From positions 32,001 to 96,000 of the forward strand of contig CBDCEW010000101.1 in the NCBI GenBank assembly GCA_965215885.1: a DNA stretch of 64,000 nucleotides. Reading direction: 5' to 3'. Under the pieces are notes generated by a model, which saw only the letters and a program-made list of their open reading frames with translations, was not told the DNA's origin and ran no database searches. Position 1 is the first letter of the stretch, and the number at the start of each line of letters is the position of its first letter. Shown here piece by piece: positions 1-10,518 of this stretch. A program made the position numbers and the translations under genes. Source of the DNA: Candidatus Moanibacter sp. (lineage in GTDB: Bacteria > Verrucomicrobiota > Verrucomicrobiia > Opitutales > UBA2987).

Positions 1-290
1 TGCATCCTGCGGTGGTGGAAATGGACGTCACCGGCCTTCATTTCCACGTAGTGTCGTCGCTCACCCAGCATCATCTCGGGGATGCCTACTCTGCGGCTGT
101 CGCTGCTGCCACAGTGCAATGACAGCCCCCTTTATGGCTGCCGGGCACCACCTGCAAACAGCCCATGTCCTTGCGCGCGTCGGTCAGTGGTAACCAGACG
201 GGTGAGCATATCGACGTCGGAGAAGACCCAAGTCTGGATGATCCTGGAACCAACGATCGCGCCTTCTGCGTCGGGACCGACCTGAAAGAC
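1..290 (-). pseudogene. Phytanoyl-CoA dioxygenase (PhyH) family fragment, frameshifted
   Basis: Minus strand reads DVDMLT, then VWLPLTDARKDMGCLQVVPGSHK, then GLSLHC...VEMKAGDVHFHHRRMH, with a frameshift between each segment. These are PhyH motifs. The fragment runs off the window edge. Confidence 0.65.
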
Positions 291-430
291 AGGGCGGAAT
301 ACGGTTGGGATAATCACCCGAATACGAGCTTTGCCCGATTGACGGAGCCTTTCGACCTCACCAAACCCGTTGTAGCATTGAAAAAGCACCACTTAGCAAC
401 AGTTGTCTAGAACCTATCTCAAATTCGAAG

Positions 431-742
431 ATGCGCGATTTTCGGAGCGCCACAAGGGCCGATGCCAGACGATTAGAAGAAATCCCAAAAAGAGAAATTT
501 TCTCCATCTCCGAAGCTAAAACATACCGTTTCGGCGTCATCACCGACGAAACATTCGCGAAAATCTTGAAAGGACTGCAGGTCGCCTGCGACCGGCTAGC
601 TTCCGAGGGACTCACACTGGCCCTGGAGAACGCAAGATCCCTCTATGCGAATACGGGCGGAAACATGGCTCGCCTGCTCGATGCGGTACGTGCTCACGGT
701 CGAAACCCATTGGCATCCCGACGGTTGGGACCGGGCAGATAA
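431..742 (+). pseudogene. Sugar phosphate isomerase/epimerase (AP_endonuc_2 TIM barrel) internal fragment
   Basis: ACDRLASEGLTLALEN...NTGGNMARLLDAV is the middle of this family. Both ends are missing. Confidence 0.45.
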
Positions 743-765
743 CACCAGGGATACGTTTTCCAGCC

Positions 766-1076
766 TTAAGCGGATCGGGCAAATGTGAAAAGCCGCGGGA
801 AACGGTGGGTTAATATGGTAGCATCCTCGGGCACGAAAATGCCCTCGGTGAGGGCTCTCTCCCGTTTGTTCCACTCCATCTCTCCCGGTAGGAAGATCGT
901 TCCGCCTTCGGCTGCGGAGGCGCTCTTGATCTCTTTGCACATGGCGGTAATCCGGGCATGGAATTCCTCCAGAGGCATCATCGCGCCAACGTTGATGGCC
1001 AGAAAGGCATGACCCTGGTTCGAGGGTTCGTCCGTGTCCGCCACCCAGCTCTGCACGCTGCTCATCATCGCCGCAC
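766..1076 (-). pseudogene. Ldh_2 (malate/L-lactate dehydrogenase-like) C-terminal fragment
   Basis: QGHAFLAINVGAMMPLEEFHARI...IFLPGEME is the typical Ldh_2 C-terminus. There is no N-terminal part. Confidence 0.65.
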
Positions 1077-1813
1077 CATCAATCTGTTTGCAGCGAACCA
1101 TTTCTCTATCAATTGTTGTCGTGGATAATCCATAGACCCTGAGCAATACACAGCCACAATCCTGAACGAATGACACGGATCGTCCTCAGCACCCTGCTAA
1201 CCCTGATCTCCGCCCATTCACTAGCCGCGGATCAAGGGGAAACGATCCACCTTCGTCGGCAATCGAAACGGGGTCGACGACGAAGGCCCCGAAAGCGTCT
1301 ACTCACGCTGTATCTTCTGGGAAAACACCGCTCCCGGGGGTTGGCAATCGGGTCCGCGATATGAGACGGATATTAAGAACGGACAAGGGGTGTCCGACTG
1401 TTTCATCGGGGGCGTCGTCGTTGATGCGCGAGGCGATCTCAGCCCCGATAAGAACACTTTACATCCCAAGGATCCCCGTTTCGACGATTCGTATGATCCC
1501 CAGAACGAATCCTACCGAGAGGTGGGCTATCGAAGCGTTCCTGAACAAGCGAACTAACTGAAACAGTCACGGGTGTGCTTACAGGGACAAGATTGCTGAA
1601 TAATCGGAGGGCTATTAGCCTCCGTATAAATATGAATCGAAAGCGAGAGACTCCACGGAACCGTTGCATAGCTGCGATGCCGGGATTGATGGGCTGTTGA
1701 GATTCCTTCCATTAAAAAACGACCGTTAATCGCCTTTAGATTATTCAGTGATCGCATCCTTCGTCAACGAATTCGAACGTCGTTTAGGCCGCGAAGTTCC
1801 CAGTCTGTGTTAA

Positions 1814-1987
1814 CCCACAGATTTCACAAGCCATCTGCTTCGAACGCGGAGGTCACGGCGCCTCAAGGACTTCCCTTGTCCGCCGACTTCGACGTGTTCC
1901 AACACGCCGTCACCCGACGGACTTTGGTAAGCCCTTGATCCGCCGCAACCTCCGCCGTCTCGCTACGAAGTGTGTGAAATATGCGGG
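1814..1987. mobile_element. Fold-back MITE copy 1 (174 bp), TTAA target duplication
   Basis: TTAA|CCCACAGATTTCACA...TGTGAAATATGCGGG|TTAA. Homologous to 46300-46477 and 50320-50493. Confidence 0.8.
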
Positions 1988-2213
1988 TTAATGGTGCTGG
2001 ACCCCGGCAAGCCGGGGTTCAGCTCTGCCGTACGGCAGAGTAAATCATTGACAAGGGTAGCCGGATCGCTGCGCGATTCGCAGTTTTTCACCGAAATCAG
2101 GATTAATGTCTCTTTTACTGATTCTCTCCTTTCGTTGCCGGCAAGCAGCCCAGATATGTCGTTGGAATCGTTCGGTTGTGCACTTTGGGAAGAATCGAAG
2201 ATCAAGCGATGAC

Positions 2214-2293
2214 GTAGCCGCGGCCGCTAAGGACGCGGACGATGGGATCGCAACACTGTTCCAATCCACCGCGTCCTTAGCGGCCACGGCTAC
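2214..2293. repeat. GTAG-REP doublet (REPIN-like), GTAG at the outer ends
   Basis: GTAGCCGCGGCCGCTAAGGACGCGG ... CCGCGTCCTTAGCGGCCACGGCTAC inverted pair. Confidence 0.75.
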
Positions 2294-2530
2294 AGAGGGC
2301 TTTCCTTCTGGAATCCTGCTGAGCATGACGCAGACCGCCGAGTTTTGCAGTGGATCGGAATAAATAAACGAAGCCGAATGATACTCTCCACTTCGTCCAT
2401 TAGCTTTTGATTCTGAGAGTTGTGCGTGTATGGGAAAATAGCGTCGATGTCGGTTGTTCAGTATAAATTACCTGTCCCTAATATCCTTCTGAGAATATAA
2501 TTGACTAGGAACAGAACTATAGTCATTTTA

Positions 2531-2758
2531 ATGGTTATGGTCATTTCCAAAACAAAACTAAAAGCAAAAATGCTTGCCGTTTTCCGGACTATAGAGCGAT
2601 CCGGGGAGGAAGTAATCGTGACGGACCACGGCAAGCCGACGCTCAAGATTTCCCGTCTTCCGAAGCGCGAGTCGGTGGAGACCGTATTCGCAAGACACCG
2701 CAACGGGGTCCGTTACAAGGAGGACATCATGTTGCCCACTACCGAGGAATGGCCATAG
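2531..2758 (+). CDS. Phd/YefM family antitoxin
   Basis: ISKTKLKAKMLAVFRTIERSGEEVIVTDHGKP motif. Lies upstream of a PIN gene. TTGACT at 2501. Confidence 0.85.
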   Translation: MVMVISKTKLKAKMLAVFRTIERSGEEVIVTDHGKPTLKISRLPKRESVETVFARHRNGVRYKEDIMLPTTEEWP

Positions 2759-2787
2759 ACCTGAGGAATCTGTCGGACTGCTAGACC

Positions 2788-3177
2788 ATGATCGTATTCG
2801 ACACCCATGCCCTTCTTTGGTGGACGCTTGACCCGGAGAAGCTTTCGCCAAAAGCGAGATCTATCTGTGCCAGGATCGAAGACCAGGGATCTTACATGTC
2901 CTCCATATCAATTTGGGAGCTGGGCGTTAAAATACGTAATAAAAAATTGGATATCGGAATGAGCATCCGTGAATATGCCGAAAAAGTGCGACGTTTGGGG
3001 TGCGTTGAGACGATTCCGGTGGATGAATCGGTATGGATTCGAAACGTGGAGTTGGAGTGGGACCATCGGGATCCGGCTGACAGAACGATCGTCGCCACCG
3101 CTTTGATTCTTAGTCTCCCCCTCTTATCCAAAGACGATGCCATTCGATCGTACCATGGAATTGAGTCCATCTGGTAA
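2788..3177 (+). CDS. VapC-like PIN domain toxin
   Basis: IVFDTHALLWW...SSISIWE...HRDPADRTIVATA...LLSKD PIN motifs. Confidence 0.9.
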   Translation: MIVFDTHALLWWTLDPEKLSPKARSICARIEDQGSYMSSISIWELGVKIRNKKLDIGMSIREYAEKVRRLGCVETIPVDESVWIRNVELEWDHRDPADRTIVATALILSLPLLSKDDAIRSYHGIESIW

Positions 3178-3385
3178 GAACCTTGGGAAGTTCAAGATTC
3201 TTGCGAAAACCTTGCTATCCGGTAAGCCCCTGGACCCAATCCATCGGGACCACAGACTGTTGAGGAACCTTGCTGGACGACGTGACTGCCATATTGAATC
3301 CGATTGGATATTGATTTACAGAATCGACGGAGATCGACTTGTGTTCGAGCGGATGGGAATGCGTTCGGATCTGTTCAAGAAATGA
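3170..3385 (+). pseudogene. YafQ-type toxin, N-terminally truncated relic
   Basis: RDHRLLRNLAGRRDCHIESDWILIYRIDGDRLVFERMGMRSDLF matches the YafQ C-terminal part. The conserved His of the R-x-G-S/T-H-S-D-L-F motif is lost, and there is no dinJ partner. Confidence 0.7.
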
Positions 3386-3440
3386 CAGGGCACAGATTGA
3401 GACAAATCCGTGGTTTTCTCGTGGAAGAGGCTGGTATTCA

Positions 3441-5231
3441 ATGAAGTTCAGTCGACTCGTCGCAGCGTCGCTCCTCCAGGCCTTTCTGTGGTCCCCCTTC
3501 TGTCATGCATCAGAAGATGAAGTGTTGACGAAACCGGACGACGCGATGCATGAGCGCCTGCCGGCCGTGCCGGATACCGGCGACGGGCCGCAAGCGCTGG
3601 CCGACGCGATTCGCGACGCGCACGAGCGAGCGCAGAGCGATGCCGGGCAGGAGGCGATGGATGGCTTGTGGGACCTGGCGACACTCTATCACGCAAACGA
3701 CTTCGTTCAGGAGGCGGAGATCTGCTACCGGCTCCTGAGGGAAGCACAGCTGGATGAACCGCGATGGATTTACCTTCTAGCCGATCTTCGCCTGCGGTCG
3801 GGCGATGCGGAAGGAGCGGAGAAGCTGTTGGAGGAAGTTGTCACTCTGCGAGCCTCCTACTATTGGCTTTGGCTGAAACTTGGCGCAGTCCGCCACCGCC
3901 TAGGTAAGTTGGAGTCGGCGCAGCAAGCCTACCTGCGTTGCCTGGAGTTTGAAGCGAACAATCCCCACGCCCTGCTTGAATTTGCGCGGGAGCATCTTCG
4001 CCATGAAAGGTGGGAGGAATCGCAGGCAGTTGTGACGCAGTTGCTGGAACACAACTCGGAGTTTTCACCGGGATACCTCCTGGCGGCGAAACTTTTCGAA
4101 AATCTCGGCAAGAACGGGGAGGCGGAGGTTGCTCGCGCCCGGGCCGAGGAGTTCGGGCATGTCCCGGAACCGCCTGACCCGTGGTTGGATTCCGTTGCTC
4201 GCCGAACCTACGAGATGGATCGCCTGATAGAGTTGGCACGAACCAAGGTGGAAACCGGCCGGATGTCGGAGGCTTTGCGCATCCTCGCAGGCGCAGAGGA
4301 GATTTTCGGGGAAAATGAAGCGATCCATCGAACACGCGGTTTGGCCTATGCGGAATTGGGAAATAACAGGGAGGCGATAAAAGCTTATACAGCAGCTCTG
4401 CACATGGGGGGAGAGGCGGTTGCGATCTATACGGAGTTGGTCCGCTTGTACAAGAGATTGAACGATTTCGATTTTGCCATCGCGATGGCGCAGCAGGGGT
4501 TGAAGCGAGATCCCAATGCGGTCGAGTTACTCACGCTGTTGGGTGAGCTTCAACATGAGCGAGGGGAGCGGGAAATGGCGGAGACCCATTGGCGCAAGGC
4601 GAAAAGTATCGATCCCGAGTATGTGCCCGCGATCCGGAATCTGGCTGAGACGCTCTTCGAGCAGGATCAAAAATCCGAAGCGATCGAACTGTTCGAAAAA
4701 GTGCGGGAGCATTCGCGGTTGGACTCTCATTCACGCGCGATTCTGGGGCAGTACTATCTGGAAAACGAAAACTTTGTCAGATCCGTGGAGCCCCTGCGGG
4801 AAGCTCTGGAGTTGCATCCGGCTGATCCGAATCTGACGGAGCTCCTGGAGGCCGCCTTTCAGAATCATGGAAATCGCCTGGCTGGAGCCGGTAGTCACAC
4901 CGAAGCGGTTGAAGCGTACCGGGAGGCGTTGGCACTGAATGCCGATGCGGTCGAGCTCTATGGCTACATTGCTCTCGTTTACGGACGCATGGGCAATTGG
5001 ACCGCGGCGGCCGAGAATTTTTCCCGGTATCTGGAACTTCGCCCGGGTGACCTGTCCGCCCGGTTGAATCTCGGTGATATCCTCTGGAGGAAGGAGGATT
5101 ATGCGGGTGCCCGGGAGCAGTGGGAATTAGCCCGGGAACTCGCCCTCAAGATCGAGAGCACGGAGCGATTTTTGGAGGCTGTTGAGAGGCGCCTGGAAGT
5201 GGAAATTCCGGAGCGGGAGGAGGAGCCCTGA
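3441..5231 (+). CDS. Exported TPR-repeat protein (paralog 1)
   Basis: Signal peptide MKFSRLVAASLL..., multiple TPRs, and LYHAN and PPDPW motifs shared with 26699-28498 and 29310-31115. Confidence 0.9.
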   Translation: MKFSRLVAASLLQAFLWSPFCHASEDEVLTKPDDAMHERLPAVPDTGDGPQALADAIRDAHERAQSDAGQEAMDGLWDLATLYHANDFVQEAEICYRLLREAQLDEPRWIYLLADLRLRSGDAEGAEKLLEEVVTLRASYYWLWLKLGAVRHRLGKLESAQQAYLRCLEFEANNPHALLEFAREHLRHERWEESQAVVTQLLEHNSEFSPGYLLAAKLFENLGKNGEAEVARARAEEFGHVPEPPDPWLDSVARRTYEMDRLIELARTKVETGRMSEALRILAGAEEIFGENEAIHRTRGLAYAELGNNREAIKAYTAALHMGGEAVAIYTELVRLYKRLNDFDFAIAMAQQGLKRDPNAVELLTLLGELQHERGEREMAETHWRKAKSIDPEYVPAIRNLAETLFEQDQKSEAIELFEKVREHSRLDSHSRAILGQYYLENENFVRSVEPLREALELHPADPNLTELLEAAFQNHGNRLAGAGSHTEAVEAYREALALNADAVELYGYIALVYGRMGNWTAAAENFSRYLELRPGDLSARLNLGDILWRKEDYAGAREQWELARELALKIESTERFLEAVERRLEVEIPEREEEP

Positions 5232-5270
5232 GAAAGGGAAAGAAGAGATTGGTAGAAGAGGGAGAATGCC

Positions 5271-5302
5271 TGGATTGCTTCGTCATTCTTCCTCGCAATG
5301 AC
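5271..5302. repeat. Half copy of the GTCATTGCGAG...CTCGCAATGAC palindromic repeat family
   Basis: TGGATTGCTTCG...CTCGCAATGACA resembles the right arm of 21435-21542 and 42925-43030. Confidence 0.55.
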
Positions 5303-5463
5303 AGGCTTTAGATAGCGTGCATAAGGGAGAAATATGGGATGGTGGGAGAGAAAATGTAAGAGGAGGCGCGGGGATGGGGATTCCGAATTTCACGACCGGG
5401 GTCCATGCAATATTCTCTTCGTCGTAAGTCCCGCTGAGCAGGATCGCGAGCTTTGTCGTCAAC

Positions 5464-6110
5464 TCAGTCACCGCTTTCGGTCGCAAACTGCGTCTCCACC
5501 ATATAGGCGGGATAGGACGCCAGATCGAATGAGATTTCCCGCGGCCGGCGAGGTGTCCTTGCCAGGGTTTGAACCCGTTGAAGAGTCGGAAGATTCATGT
5601 CGAGTCGGATCGCTCGATCGACACCCGTTTGCGCAACGAACTGATGGACGGACCGCAGACTCCCCGCTTTGCCGGCTTTGACTTCGATGGGAACTATGTG
5701 CCCTTTTGGGGAAATCACGAAGTCGACTTCGGCATTGGTAGACCTTCCCTATCGAAGCCAGTAGTCTACTTCTGGATACTCCAGGCCTTGATGGCGATAG
5801 GCGAGGTGCTGGGCCACGAACTGCTCGCTTATATTTCTCCGATTGATCAGCAATGCATCGCTTTCAGTCAGATCTTCCCATTGGGTGCCCGATAAGTAGA
5901 GCGCCAGACCTACGTCCACGAAGAAAAGCTTGAACGCTTTCTCGTTTCTCCCTGCTTTCAAGGGAAGCCCGGAACAACTGGTGTGGTAGACGGGAAGCGC
6001 AACCCTCGCATCAATCAAAGCCTTGATCACTCGATTGAGGACTTTCGCTGATTCCTCTCGGGAGATATTAACGTATTTCAGTTTCTCGCCCAAGTGCATT
6101 GGTAATTGAC
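5464..6110 (-). pseudogene. AAA_14/DUF4143 ATPase, C-terminal half with an in-frame nonsense codon
   Basis: YWLR*GRSTNAEVDFVISPKGHIVPIEVKAGKAGSLRS (TAG at 5749-5751). Paralog of 7268-8587. The N-terminal ATPase part is absent. Confidence 0.8.
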
Positions 6111-6332
6111 CTCACTTTTATGTCGGATCAGTTATTTTTAACCCCTTTTATATTTTATTCGAGAAGACTTTTCGAAATACAGAGCGAAGGCTCGGTTAGA
6201 GTCGAAACGAGATGGGGGGCCGCGGGATGCGGGATCCGAGATGCGTGAGCCGGTATGCCGTATACGGTGAGTGGGAGACCCGGTTTCGCGGTGATTGGGA
6301 GACGCGGAGCGGGCAAGAGCGGGGCCGCTACC

Positions 6333-6390
6333 CTTCGTCACGAACCTCATCGCAAACTTTGTCGTGAGCTTTATCGCGAACTTTGTCGAT
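6333..6390. repeat. 12-bp tandem repeat (consensus near AACTTTGTCGCG)
   Basis: Same unit family occurs at 9660-9695, 10519-10555, 10668-10690 and 46660-46695. Confidence 0.7.
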
Positions 6391-6480
6391 TCCTTGATGA
6401 AGGTCGTGCGGGTTCGCTGGAATCCCTGATGGCGCGTATAATTTGCAGTGCGCCGGAAAAGTGCCACACTTGGCAGTAAA

Positions 6481-6831
6481 ATGGAAACGGTTAGAATTGG
6501 TATCATCGGCGCGGGCGGAATGGGGAGGCACCATTCCCGCACTTTGTTGAGTGGGAAACTGGACAATATGGAATTGCGGGCTATTTGTGACGTCGACGAA
6601 GCCCGTCTCGCTCAGTTTCCGGATCAGATTGGATTCACCGATTCCGGTGTGCCTCTCATCGCCCCGGCTTCGGAGGGTATAAGGTCGGTCGAACTGACGA
6701 ATGCCATGCTTTTTTCCTCCCTCAATGAGGTCACGGTGGAGCTTCCCCTGGACGGCGCCGAATTCGAGGCTCTGTTGCAACGATTAGTCCGCGAATCTAC
6801 GGCAAGAAAAGTGGCGAACGAATCGGCCTGA
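6481..6831 (+). pseudogene. Gfo/Idh/MocA oxidoreductase with a large in-frame internal deletion
   Basis: N-terminal VRIGIIGAGGMGRHH...RAICDVD is joined directly to C-terminal PLIAPASEGIRSVELTNAMLFSS...VELPLD. Only about 116 aa. Confidence 0.75.
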
Positions 6832-6943
6832 ACGCGTCCTGGATGGTACTGGCCAGTTGCCACCCAGGCAGGCAAGGAATTTTCCTCTAGAATTTTCGCG
6901 ATTATCCGGCGTATCGTTCTCCGAGTCACGTAATAGGCTGCGT

Positions 6944-7105
6944 TCGAAAGAGAAGAAAAATCGACTTTAGATCACGATTGAGAGTCACGATGGGAAAGGG
7001 GCACTCTGATCAATCTTCTGTCGTACATCATAATCGTAATCCAGAGTCGAAAGAAGATAAGATCGACGGGAGATCACGACTAAGAGTCACGATGGAAGAA
7101 AGGAT
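6944..7105. repeat. Two degenerate direct repeats (AGATCACGAYT-AGAGTCACGATGG)
   Basis: Copies at about 6944-7000 and 7048-7105. Confidence 0.6.
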
Positions 7106-7267
7106 CCCGCTCAATCTAATGTCGTTTTGCGCCTTTATTTTTCTGCAGTTTGCCCTCTTTTTGCCCTGATTTGCTAAAAAAATAGCTACATTTTGCATTG
7201 ATATTTATGAAGATTTGGAAATGTTTGCCTTGCCTTTTCGTAATCCACCCGCCTTTTGATCTCTGAA

Positions 7268-8587
7268 ATGATTCATCGCAGGACGAATGAGCATCTTCAG
7301 ATGTGGAAAACAGCACCACGTCGTAAGCCGCTTTTGCTTCGTGGCGCTCGGCAGGTTGGCAAGACGTATACGATCAGGCAGTTCGGCGAAAGTTACCCTC
7401 GCGTGCTTGAGGCTAATTTCGAAGAGGCGAGGGATATCCACCAGTTCTTCGAGGGAAGTCTCGATCCCAAACCGATTTGCGAAAAGCTTTCGAATTATTT
7501 CGGAGTTAAGATAGCGCCTGGCGAAACGCTCGTTTTCTTTGACGAGATCCAGGCATGTCCCAGAGCCTTGAGTGCATTGAGATTCTTTCATGAAAAAATG
7601 CCGACTGTGCATGTGATCGCGGCTGGTTCCCTTCTGGAATTCGCGTTAAAGGAGATTCCGTCCCAAGGCGTGGGTCGTCTCTCCTCGCTCTACATGTATC
7701 CGGTGACTTTCGAGGAATTCCTATTGGCGATCGGAGAGAATGGTTGCCGGGAGATGCTGCAAGAAGCGTCTCCGGAGAAGCCGCTCGAGATGGCGTTTCA
7801 CCGGCGTCTGATCGATGCCCTGAAGGTTTACTTGACGATTGGAGGGATGCCTGACGTGGTACAGACCTATTGCGATTCACGGGATTTGCGAGAATGCCAG
7901 GAAGTCTTGAGCGACTTGCTCGTTACGCTTCGAGACGACTTTTCGAAATACAAAGCGAAGGCTCCGACGCTTCTGCTTAACGAAGTCCTTCAATCGATAT
8001 GTTATCAGGCCGGAGCAAAGTTCAAATATTCCTCGGTTGATCGAGCACTTGCTTCGAAAACCATTAAGGATTCGGTTGAACTGCTGGTACTCGCCGGACT
8101 TGCGCGAAAAGTTTATCACAGCGATGCTCGAGGGCTCCCGCTAGGCGCCCAAGTTAATCCGAATCGGTTCAAGGCAATGATAATGGATGTGGGGCTGCAT
8201 CAGCGTATTCTTGGCACAGATATATCCGAAATGTTGACAGCGAGAGGGCTCGAGGTGGTGAATAAGGGATCGGTAGCGGAAGTATTCGTTGGGCAGGAAT
8301 ATGTAGCAGCGCAGTCAAGCCGCGAACCTGCCAGCTTATACTACTGGCACAGGGAGGCTCGTAGCAGCAATGCTGAAGTCGATTACGTGGCAGTGCGCGA
8401 CGGGCAGGTTGTTCCTGTCGAAGTGAAATCCGGAGGAAGCGGCAGTATGCAGAGCATTCGGTTGTTCATGAGGGAGCGTAACCTGTCGAAAGGAGTACGC
8501 GTATCGCTTGAAAACTTTGGAGTGTTGCAGGAACTCGATATCGTACCGTTGTACGCTATCGGCCTTTACTTGCAGGGCAAAGGGTAG
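7268..8587 (+). CDS. AAA_14 + DUF4143 ATP-binding protein
   Basis: GARQVGKT Walker A, FFDEIQ Walker B, and C-terminal EVDYV...PVEVKS nuclease-like motif. Confidence 0.9.
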   Translation: MIHRRTNEHLQMWKTAPRRKPLLLRGARQVGKTYTIRQFGESYPRVLEANFEEARDIHQFFEGSLDPKPICEKLSNYFGVKIAPGETLVFFDEIQACPRALSALRFFHEKMPTVHVIAAGSLLEFALKEIPSQGVGRLSSLYMYPVTFEEFLLAIGENGCREMLQEASPEKPLEMAFHRRLIDALKVYLTIGGMPDVVQTYCDSRDLRECQEVLSDLLVTLRDDFSKYKAKAPTLLLNEVLQSICYQAGAKFKYSSVDRALASKTIKDSVELLVLAGLARKVYHSDARGLPLGAQVNPNRFKAMIMDVGLHQRILGTDISEMLTARGLEVVNKGSVAEVFVGQEYVAAQSSREPASLYYWHREARSSNAEVDYVAVRDGQVVPVEVKSGGSGSMQSIRLFMRERNLSKGVRVSLENFGVLQELDIVPLYAIGLYLQGKG

Positions 8588-8737
8588 GGCATGTCCGGAA
8601 TCTTCTCGCCCCTTAATCGAATCTTCGTAGTAAGCTTAGTCGAGAGAGGAGAGACCGTATACACAAGAAACTGGTTGCCAACACCACATTCGCACTTTCA
8701 CTTTTGGAATGAGCAGAGCGAAAGGAAAGGAAGCATC

Positions 8738-9634
8738 ATGATACCCGTAGTCGATACTCATCAACACCTCTGGGACCTTGAGCAGTTTGACCTGCCTTGG
8801 CTGGACGACGAAGAATATGGGGTGCTGAGGCGAAACTTCCTGATGAACGACTACCTCGAAGCCTCCCTCGAGACAGGTGTAACGCAAACGATCTACATGG
8901 AAGTCGATGTCGAACCCTCCCAGCGGGAAGCGGAAGCTGAGTTTGTCATCGCCCTGGTCCGACGCGATGACAATCCGATGGCGGGTGCCGTGATCGGGGG
9001 TCGTCCGGAAGCGGAGGGATTTGCTGACTACGCGGCACGGTTCAGGGATGTTCCCGAAGTAAAGGGGTTTCGAGACGTAATCTTTCTGCCACGCACGGAG
9101 AAAGGGCATTGCCTGAAACCTGAATTTGTGAGGGGTGTCCGCGCTCTGGCGGACCTGGGCAAGAGCTTCGACTTATGCATGCGACCCTACGAACTTGCAG
9201 ATGCGGTCGAACTCGCCGACCTGTGTCCGGACACTCTTTTCATCGTCGATCATTGCGGCAACGCGGATCCCATGATTGTCAACGGCTCCACTTCAGGCGA
9301 CCCGGAGGGGCTTTTATTCCACGATGCTGAACGGTGGCGGAGAGATATGGACGCCTTGGGCGCGCGGAAGAACGTGGTGTGCAAGATATCCGGGATCGTC
9401 GCCCGAGCGCCGGCGGGGTGGACGGCGGAAACCCTGGCACCGACCGTTGAGCATTGCCTTGAATCTTTCGGGCCGGATCGCGTCGTGTTTGGCGGCGACT
9501 GGCCGGTGTGCACTTACAGGGCGCCCCTCAGCGAATGGATCAAGTCGCTGCGTGAGATCGTGTCCTCACGCCCGGAAGTCGAGCAAGCGATGCTTTTTCA
9601 TGTCAATGCCGAGCGCCTCTACAAGCTCGTGTAA
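8738..9634 (+). CDS. Amidohydrolase_2 family protein (L-fuconolactonase-like)
   Basis: VDTHQHLWD, IVDHCG, CKISG and FGGDWPVC motifs. Confidence 0.9.
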   Translation: MIPVVDTHQHLWDLEQFDLPWLDDEEYGVLRRNFLMNDYLEASLETGVTQTIYMEVDVEPSQREAEAEFVIALVRRDDNPMAGAVIGGRPEAEGFADYAARFRDVPEVKGFRDVIFLPRTEKGHCLKPEFVRGVRALADLGKSFDLCMRPYELADAVELADLCPDTLFIVDHCGNADPMIVNGSTSGDPEGLLFHDAERWRRDMDALGARKNVVCKISGIVARAPAGWTAETLAPTVEHCLESFGPDRVVFGGDWPVCTYRAPLSEWIKSLREIVSSRPEVEQAMLFHVNAERLYKLV

Positions 9635-9659
9635 TCAATTTAGCAGAGCTGCAACCAAT

Positions 9660-9770
9660 CGACAAGGTTCGGGACAAGGTTCGCGACGAGGTTTGCTTCG
9701 CTTAGTTCTAAGTGGGCCTGCAGTGAGTCTGTCGAATCCGCTGATCGGCAAGTCATTCTTGGTCAGCTTG
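9660..9770 (+). repeat. Direct repeat A (about 110 bp), upstream of the CoxII-like gene
   Basis: CGACAAGGTTCGGGACAAGGTT...GCTT...CCTGC-GTGAG...GTCGAA...CATTC aligns with 10519-10640. Confidence 0.7.
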
Positions 9771-9834
9771 TTACAGTCTGAGTTAGAAAAAACGTGCTTA
9801 AGAAACAAGAATGTGAAAGATTGTAGTTCAATTC

Positions 9835-10428
9835 GTGAGAATTTTGTTTCTTTTTGTTCTAGTTGCGGTAGTCGCCGGGGATATCCGCGGCGAGATGGGC
9901 GGCGAGGATCGGCCGACCGCGCTCCGCAAACCGTTAGTGGTCGATATCACCGGCGCGGAGTACGAGTGGCATATGCGTTATCCGGGGTCTGATGGGAAGC
10001 TGAATACCGGTGATGATGGGCTCGACAAGCGGCACTTACACCTTCCGGCCCACACCGAGGTGAAACTTCAATTACACAGCGAGGATTATCTTTACTCCTT
10101 CGCCCTGCCTCACCTCGACCTCAAGGAAATCGCGATTCCCGATCTGGAGTTTTCGCTCAGCTTTACGACTGGCCCGGAGGGAACCTTCGACCTCCTCGGA
10201 GACCAGTTATGCGGCTATGCTCACCCCAAGCTGATGGGAAAGCTGATCATCCTCTCGCCGAGCGACTTCGCCGAGCGGATGAACCACCTGAGCAACCCCC
10301 CGTCGCATGGCCTCAAAAGAGATTTAACCACGGATCACTTGGCGCAGCAGAGCCGCAATCCCGCTAAGCGGGAAAATGGGTCAGTCCCGGCAGGCCGGGA
10401 AATGAAGGGCAACGAATGGAGACTGTGA
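9835..10428 (+). CDS. Exported cytochrome c oxidase subunit II-like cupredoxin domain with a degenerate CuA site
   Basis: VDITGAEYEW, LHLP, SEDYLYSFALP and GDQLCGYAHPKL motifs. The tail after about 10320 runs into repeat DNA. Confidence 0.8.
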   Translation: MRILFLFVLVAVVAGDIRGEMGGEDRPTALRKPLVVDITGAEYEWHMRYPGSDGKLNTGDDGLDKRHLHLPAHTEVKLQLHSEDYLYSFALPHLDLKEIAIPDLEFSLSFTTGPEGTFDLLGDQLCGYAHPKLMGKLIILSPSDFAERMNHLSNPPSHGLKRDLTTDHLAQQSRNPAKRENGSVPAGREMKGNEWRL

Positions 10429-10518
10429 GAGCATTGAAAGCAACGGATCAGGAACGGCGAGGAATAAATGAAGAAGAGAATCCAAAGGAAATGACTGAGA
10501 GTGCTCCCATGCGTATTA

